Assembly (NCBI GenBank): GCA_023246095.1 | Contig: JAHFJA010000003.1 | Location: 10,782 to 74,781, forward strand | Source of the DNA: a bacterium | GTDB taxonomy: Bacteria; Patescibacteriota; Patescibacteriia; JACQRZ01 | Direction of reading: 5' to 3' | Length of the DNA: 64,000 bases | Shown here: positions 59,369-64,000 of the stretch, in pieces | How positions within the stretch are numbered: the stretch's first letter is position 1 | Layout of the letters: each line of letters begins with the position of its first letter | Notes under the pieces: generated by a model | What the model saw: the letters and a program-made list of their open reading frames with translations, nothing else | The model's database searches: none | Told to the model about the DNA's origin: nothing | Made by a program: the position numbers and the translations under genes

Positions 59369-59441
59369 GCTGATCCGCAGATAGGTAGATTCCACATACG
59401 GTGCATGGGCACAGTGGGGGACCTAAAATCTTCGGGTCAGC
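59369..59441 (+). promoter_or_regulatory. Structured pnp leader
   Basis: GCTGATCCG/CGGGTCAGC, AGGT/ACCT, CCAC/GTGG, GTGC/GCAC nested stems ending 12 nt before ATG. Confidence 0.55.
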
Positions 59442-59453
59442 ACCCGTTATACT

Positions 59454-61586
59454 ATGATCAAACGATATGAGACCGAGATAGGAGGACGAACTCTTGTTAT
59501 CGAAACAGGAAAATTAGCAAAGCAAGCAGGGGCCGCTGTTGTGTGTCAATATGGAGAAACAACCGTTCTTGCAACAGTGGTAATCGGCAACGAACCACGT
59601 GCAGGTATTGATTACTTTCCTCTCATGGTTGATTACGAGGAAAAGCTTTACGCAGCAGGAAAAATCAAGAGCTCACGTTTTATCAAACGAGAAGGACGTG
59701 CTACCGATGAGGCTATTTTGACCTCGCGACTTATCGATCGCGCGATTCGTCCTCTGTTTGATGACAGCATTAAAAATGACGTACAAGTGATTCTTACCGT
59801 ATTGTCGATGGATGGTGAAAATGATCCGGATGTTCCTGCGATGATTGCTGCATCAGCTGCTTTAAGTATTTCAAATATTCCATGGGATGGTCCTATTGGG
59901 GGCATCCGTATTGGCCAGATCAATGGTGAATGGACGATCAATACAACATATACTGCGAGAGAAAAGAGTACACTCGATTTGTACGTGGCAGGTACGGGCG
60001 ATAAGGTTATTATGATTGAGGCAGGTGCTCAAGAAGTACCCGAACAGGTGTGTTATGACGCAATTCAATTTGCCTTAAAACATTTGGGTCCCATTTGTAC
60101 GTTTATTAAAGGGATTCAAGATGAAATCGGCCAGCCAAAACGTATAGTGAGCCCCGTTGAAAAGAAGGAAGAAGAGGCGGAAGATGAATTGACTGAAGAT
60201 GTCGTCACAAAAACAGACAGTTGGCTTAAAGAGCATCTTCCTCGGTACATTAACGGAGCGCCGAAAGAAACAAAATCTGAACGTAAGGCTTTGCTTGTGC
60301 AACTTAAACGCGAGCTTGATGAATATTTGAAGGCAGAACAAGTTGGTAAAGAAAAACGTCGCAAGGCTCTCGATATTTTGGAAGAGGAAGCAGAAGCAGA
60401 GGTATCGCGTACGATTATTCGTGATGGATGGCGTGTTGATGGTCGCGGTTTGACTGATATTCGTACACTTTCTTGTGATGTTGCGGTGTTGCCTCGTATT
60501 CATGGGTCTGGACTTTTTTCACGCGGTGAAACGCAAGTACTTTCTATCGTGACTCTGGGGTCTCCTGGAGATGAGCAGACGCTCGATGGTATGGAAGAAG
60601 TGGGGAAGAAACGTTATATGCATCATTATAATTTCCCTCCATTTTCTGTTGGTGAGGCAAAGCCGATGCGTGGTCCGGGCCGTCGTGAAATTGGCCACGG
60701 TGCGTTAGCAGAAAAGGCGTTGGTGCCAGTGCTACCTTCAAAAGAGGAGTTTCCTTACACTATTCGTGTTGTTTCTGAAGTTCTTGGGTCAAATGGTTCC
60801 AGCTCTATGGCATCGACGTGCGGTTCGACATTGGCACTTATGGATGCCGGTGTGCCGATCAAAAAGCCTGTTGCGGGCATTGCTATGGGTCTTGCGTCAA
60901 ATGATAAGGGTGAATATCGCATTCTTACAGACCTTCAGGATTTAGAAGACGGGCAAGGGGGAATGGATTTCAAAATTGCCGGTACCGCCGACGGCATTAC
61001 CGCGATTCAGCTTGATACTAAAACAAAAGGTTTGACCCTCGAAATGGTGCAATTGACTCTCACACAAGGAAAAGAAGCTCGAATTCGCATTCTCGCGGAG
61101 ATGACAGCGGTCATTGCAGCACCCCGCGACAATCTCTCACCATATGCTCCTCGAATAATTACCCTCCACATCAATCCGGAAAAAATTCGAGATGTTATTG
61201 GGCCTGGTGGCAAGATGATTAATCAGATTATTGATGAAACAGGGGTCCAGATCGATATTGAACAGGATGGAACAGTATTAATTACCTCAAACAATGAAGA
61301 AGGTTCTGCTCGTGCAGTAGAATGGGTGAAGCGCATTACCAAAGAGGTAGTAGTAGGAGAAGTGTTTGTCGGCAAGGTTACTCGGATTATGAACTTTGGT
61401 GCTTTCGTTGAAATAGCCCCACGCCAGGAAGGTTTAGTTCATATTTCTGAAATAGCTCCACAGCGCATCGATAAGGTTGAAGATGTTCTTAAACTGGGAC
61501 AAGAAGTGAAAGTAAAAGTGATAGAAATTGATGATATGGGGCGAGTAAATCTCTCTATAAAGCGCGTTATTCCAGCGCAGGAATAA
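59454..61586 (+). CDS. pnp: Polyribonucleotide nucleotidyltransferase
   Basis: RLIDRAIRPLF, RREIGHG, SNGSSSMAS, GMDFK, KH and S1 domains. Confidence 0.98.
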   Translation: MIKRYETEIGGRTLVIETGKLAKQAGAAVVCQYGETTVLATVVIGNEPRAGIDYFPLMVDYEEKLYAAGKIKSSRFIKREGRATDEAILTSRLIDRAIRPLFDDSIKNDVQVILTVLSMDGENDPDVPAMIAASAALSISNIPWDGPIGGIRIGQINGEWTINTTYTAREKSTLDLYVAGTGDKVIMIEAGAQEVPEQVCYDAIQFALKHLGPICTFIKGIQDEIGQPKRIVSPVEKKEEEAEDELTEDVVTKTDSWLKEHLPRYINGAPKETKSERKALLVQLKRELDEYLKAEQVGKEKRRKALDILEEEAEAEVSRTIIRDGWRVDGRGLTDIRTLSCDVAVLPRIHGSGLFSRGETQVLSIVTLGSPGDEQTLDGMEEVGKKRYMHHYNFPPFSVGEAKPMRGPGRREIGHGALAEKALVPVLPSKEEFPYTIRVVSEVLGSNGSSSMASTCGSTLALMDAGVPIKKPVAGIAMGLASNDKGEYRILTDLQDLEDGQGGMDFKIAGTADGITAIQLDTKTKGLTLEMVQLTLTQGKEARIRILAEMTAVIAAPRDNLSPYAPRIITLHINPEKIRDVIGPGGKMINQIIDETGVQIDIEQDGTVLITSNNEEGSARAVEWVKRITKEVVVGEVFVGKVTRIMNFGAFVEIAPRQEGLVHISEIAPQRIDKVEDVLKLGQEVKVKVIEIDDMGRVNLSIKRVIPAQE

Positions 61587-61609
61587 GCAAACAAGTTGTA
61601 CCGTTTTGT

Positions 61610-61638
61610 GAAAAGTATCCTATGATTGGGTACTTTTC
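61610..61638 (+). terminator. pnp terminator
   Basis: GAAAAGTATCC-TATGATT-GGGTACTTTTC. Confidence 0.7.
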
Positions 61639-61811
61639 TGTTAGTGGGCTGTGCATAACTCTTGTGTTCACTGAAAACGATTGGTGATTGCTGGGCGAAG
61701 TTAAAATTCACTGTTCTTTCTTTAAAAAGAAAAGGAATAATTATGTAAATAAGCTACAGAGTACCATACCGGGAGCGTTGACCAAGGGCCCAAATAATGG
61801 TATTATTAGTG

Positions 61812-62390
61812 ATGTAAGTTATTTTACAACAGCACACATTTCGACGGAGCTACCAGTGGGAAATTTCAAATACAAAACAAAACCCGTTCTTTATAAAATC
61901 GTCACGCCTTGCCAAACAGGCAGTGACACCCACCAGTAGTACGAAGTCAATCTGGCATACAACACAAAAATAAAATGATTCCGGCCAGATCATTCATCCT
62001 AATCAGAGGATAATACGATTTCATCTTGAGAAACACGTGCAAATAAAAAAGTGGCTTTGCTTCTCCTCTTAATTGCAGGACAAAAACCGACTGTCCTTGC
62101 GTCAAAATAAAAACAAAATGAAATATCCAGGTTGGAATTTGGTGATGGGTAATCCTTGGCGGGTAGCTATACTAGCTAACCTTTGAAGATTACCCATTGC
62201 CCTAGGAAGACCGATGAGGGGTTTTAAAGCCAGCGAATCCTGTCGGGAATTCGCGCCCTGTCTTTTGATAAAATCTTTATACTCATTTTTTAAATGGGTA
62301 CATAGTGGTCATACAGACAGCAAAGGCGCATGAGCGAAATTAAATTTATTACTTTTACCAAGTAAAAGTAGCGCTTTATGCGCCTCTTTT
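61812..62390 (+). ncRNA. Putative large (~580 nt) multi-domain structured ncRNA, unassigned
   Basis: Promoter TTGACC(61778)-17-TATTAT; at least 9 helices with G-U pairs on the + strand; terminal hairpin 62324-62385 followed by CTTTT. Confidence 0.65.
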
Positions 62391-62445
62391 AGTATATGAG
62401 TTAAGATGAGTATACACATTCAGATTTATATTTTATACTGTAAGT

Positions 62446-62814
62446 ATGTTAGACAAAGCAACAATTGAAGAGATGCGAGCATATATTCTTGGCGAGAAGG
62501 ATCGTCTTGAAAGTGAGCTAGGAAGTTTTGCAAAGGAAAACCCTCAAGCGGAGGGTGGTTTTGAGTCGAAATGGGAAAATTTGGGCAATAGTGAGGAAGA
62601 CAATGCGGTTGAAGTTGCAGAATACATTAATACGATTGGTGTTGAGCGAGAGCTTGAAGCCCGTCTTGGTGAAATGCGTCAGGCATTAGAACGCGTTGAT
62701 AACGGTACATATGGTGTATGTGCAAATTGTGGTCAAGATATTCCCCCAGCACGGTTGAAAATCAAACCTGAAGCGATTTATTGCATCCCTTGTTCGGAAA
62801 AATTACAGCGGTAG
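62446..62814 (+). CDS. DksA/TraR C4-type zinc-finger protein
   Basis: EEDNA coiled-coil tip; GTYGVCANC...RL...P...CIPC. Confidence 0.9.
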   Translation: MLDKATIEEMRAYILGEKDRLESELGSFAKENPQAEGGFESKWENLGNSEEDNAVEVAEYINTIGVERELEARLGEMRQALERVDNGTYGVCANCGQDIPPARLKIKPEAIYCIPCSEKLQR

Positions 62815-62819
62815 TGTTT

Positions 62820-63137
62820 ATGTATCCGGGCTTAGCTGAGTTGCCTCTTTATCTGGTAATTTGTATGTTTTTGATAGCGTGCGTAAGCGCGCTATTTATT
62901 TTACTTAAAAATCATCGAGTTGGTACGGTGGTGGGTGTTTGTATGGTGCTTGGAGGCGGTGTCAGCAACCTCACAGAGCGTCTCATTTACGGACACGTTG
63001 TCGATTGGATACCGGTTGGTGAGGTATTCGTTACTAACGTAGCAGATGCTATCATTGTTATAGGCATACTTATTTGTGTGTATTATTTCTATGATAGCTC
63101 GCGTACTATCAACCGCGCTCATCGGACTAGAAAGTGA
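62820..63137 (+). CDS. lspA: Signal peptidase II (short form)
   Basis: GGGVSNLTER, GHVVDWI, NVAD catalytic motifs. Confidence 0.75.
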   Translation: MYPGLAELPLYLVICMFLIACVSALFILLKNHRVGTVVGVCMVLGGGVSNLTERLIYGHVVDWIPVGEVFVTNVADAIIVIGILICVYYFYDSSRTINRAHRTRK

Positions 63138-64000
63138 GTTAGTGGAAGTCGAATGTGATGCCGGATTCGGTCAAGCACTGTTTATTATTGTGGGACTGCC
63201 TGATACCTCGGTTCAAGAGTCTCGAGAACGAGTGCGCGCAGCATTTCGGAATAGTGATGTTCCGTTTCCACGAGGGCGGGTTACCGTCAATCTTGCGCCG
63301 GCGGATATAAAAAAAGAAGGTCCGTCATATGATATACCGATTGCACTGAGTATAATTCTTGCCCATGAAGATATTGGCCCTACTATTGCACCAGGAATAA
63401 GAGATGAACTCTCAAAAAGTGTTTTTTTGGGCGAACTTGCACTTGACGGGGGTGTCCGTCCTGTCCGTGGTGTATTATCAAGTGTATGGTCCGCAAAACA
63501 AAGGGGTGTTTTGGAAATATTTGTTCCTGCCGCTAATGCAGCCGAGGCGGCGTTGGTAAAAGACATTATTATTTACCCCGTTCGTCATTTGAAAGAGTTG
63601 ATATCTCATGTAACACAAAAGGTACAATTGAGGCCTGTCGTTCGTGAATCGTCTTCTGTAGTACAGGAAAGTTTTTATCCTACTGATATGTCTCATGTAC
63701 AGGGTCAGTCTCACGTAAAGCGTGCACTCGAAATTGCTGCTGCGGGAGGTCACAATGTTATTTTGTCGGGTTCTCCTGGTGCAGGAAAAACTCTTTTGGC
63801 TCGGGCGATCCCGAGTATTTTACCTACAATGAGTGAAGAAGAAATGTTTGATGTCACCCGTCTTTATAGTGTTGCAGGGTTGATCACCGTTGATGCACCA
63901 ATGATCACCCAGCGTCCTTTTCGAAGTCCGCATCATAGTTCGTCGGTACCCTCAATGGTGGGTGGGGGGAGCGTTCCTCGGCCTGGCGAGATTAGTCTTG
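63091..64000 (+). CDS. comM: ComM/YifB-family Mg-chelatase-like AAA+ ATPase (3'-truncated by window; not in ORF track)
   Basis: MIARVLSTALIG..., VGLPDTSVQESRERVR, NLAPADIKKEG, GELALDG, GSPGAGKT, RPFRSPHH. Confidence 0.93.
   Translation, partial: MIARVLSTALIGLESELVEVECDAGFGQALFIIVGLPDTSVQESRERVRAAFRNSDVPFPRGRVTVNLAPADIKKEGPSYDIPIALSIILAHEDIGPTIAPGIRDELSKSVFLGELALDGGVRPVRGVLSSVWSAKQRGVLEIFVPAANAAEAALVKDIIIYPVRHLKELISHVTQKVQLRPVVRESSSVVQESFYPTDMSHVQGQSHVKRALEIAAAGGHNVILSGSPGAGKTLLARAIPSILPTMSEEEMFDVTRLYSVAGLITVDAPMITQRPFRSPHHSSSVPSMVGGGSVPRPGEISL

Noticed and set aside
140-61586. Alternative genetic code (UGA=Gly)
   Set aside because: Conserved genes translate full-length under code 11 without in-frame TGA
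61650-61658. DnaA box / replication origin
   Set aside because: Single mismatched box (TGTGCATAA); no cluster and no dnaA/dnaN context
61688-61939. 83-aa ORF (and a 22-codon ORF at 62118)
   Set aside because: Non-ATG start or no SD, spans a promoter or strong helices, no recognisable motifs
958-63753. Numerous short antisense and alternate-frame ORFs in the track
   Set aside because: Shadows of well-supported genes, with no independent signals
1-64000. CRISPR array, retron/DGR, transposase or prophage
   Set aside because: No regularly spaced repeats and no reverse transcriptase, transposase, capsid or terminase motifs seen

Overview
64-kb chromosomal window from a small-genome bacterium, most consistent with Patescibacteria/CPR (genetic code 11). 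The evidence is the split transketolase, the rpsO-NYN-pnp order, TrmB-like and lamin-tail proteins, and housekeeping genes that largely lack Shine-Dalgarno (SD) sequences. Content: a copper operon (csoR-copA), a cfa + FAD-reductase pair, four ABC exporters, sugar/pentose-phosphate genes (fba, pfkB-like, rpiB, rpe, tkt), a Co/Ni ECF transporter, ruvB, a xerC/D-like recombinase, rpsO, pnp, dksA-like, lspA, comM and four tRNAs (Gly, Leu, His, Arg). Most notable: (1) Two gene grammars coexist. Core genes mostly have a -10 box close to the ATG and no SD. About 17 mostly ORFan units inserted between them each carry a TTGACA-type promoter, usually a strong SD, and a terminator; two unrelated units share a near-identical terminator. 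(2) Three unannotated, promoter- and terminator-bounded, highly structured RNAs (~135, ~515 and ~580 nt) are present; one encodes a 40-aa peptide followed by a perfect complement of the 16S rRNA 3' end. (3) A methyl-branched fatty acid (TmsAB/BfaAB-like) operon. (4) att-like scars at tRNA-Gly and tRNA-His. All structures and alignments were read by eye; nothing was computed or searched.
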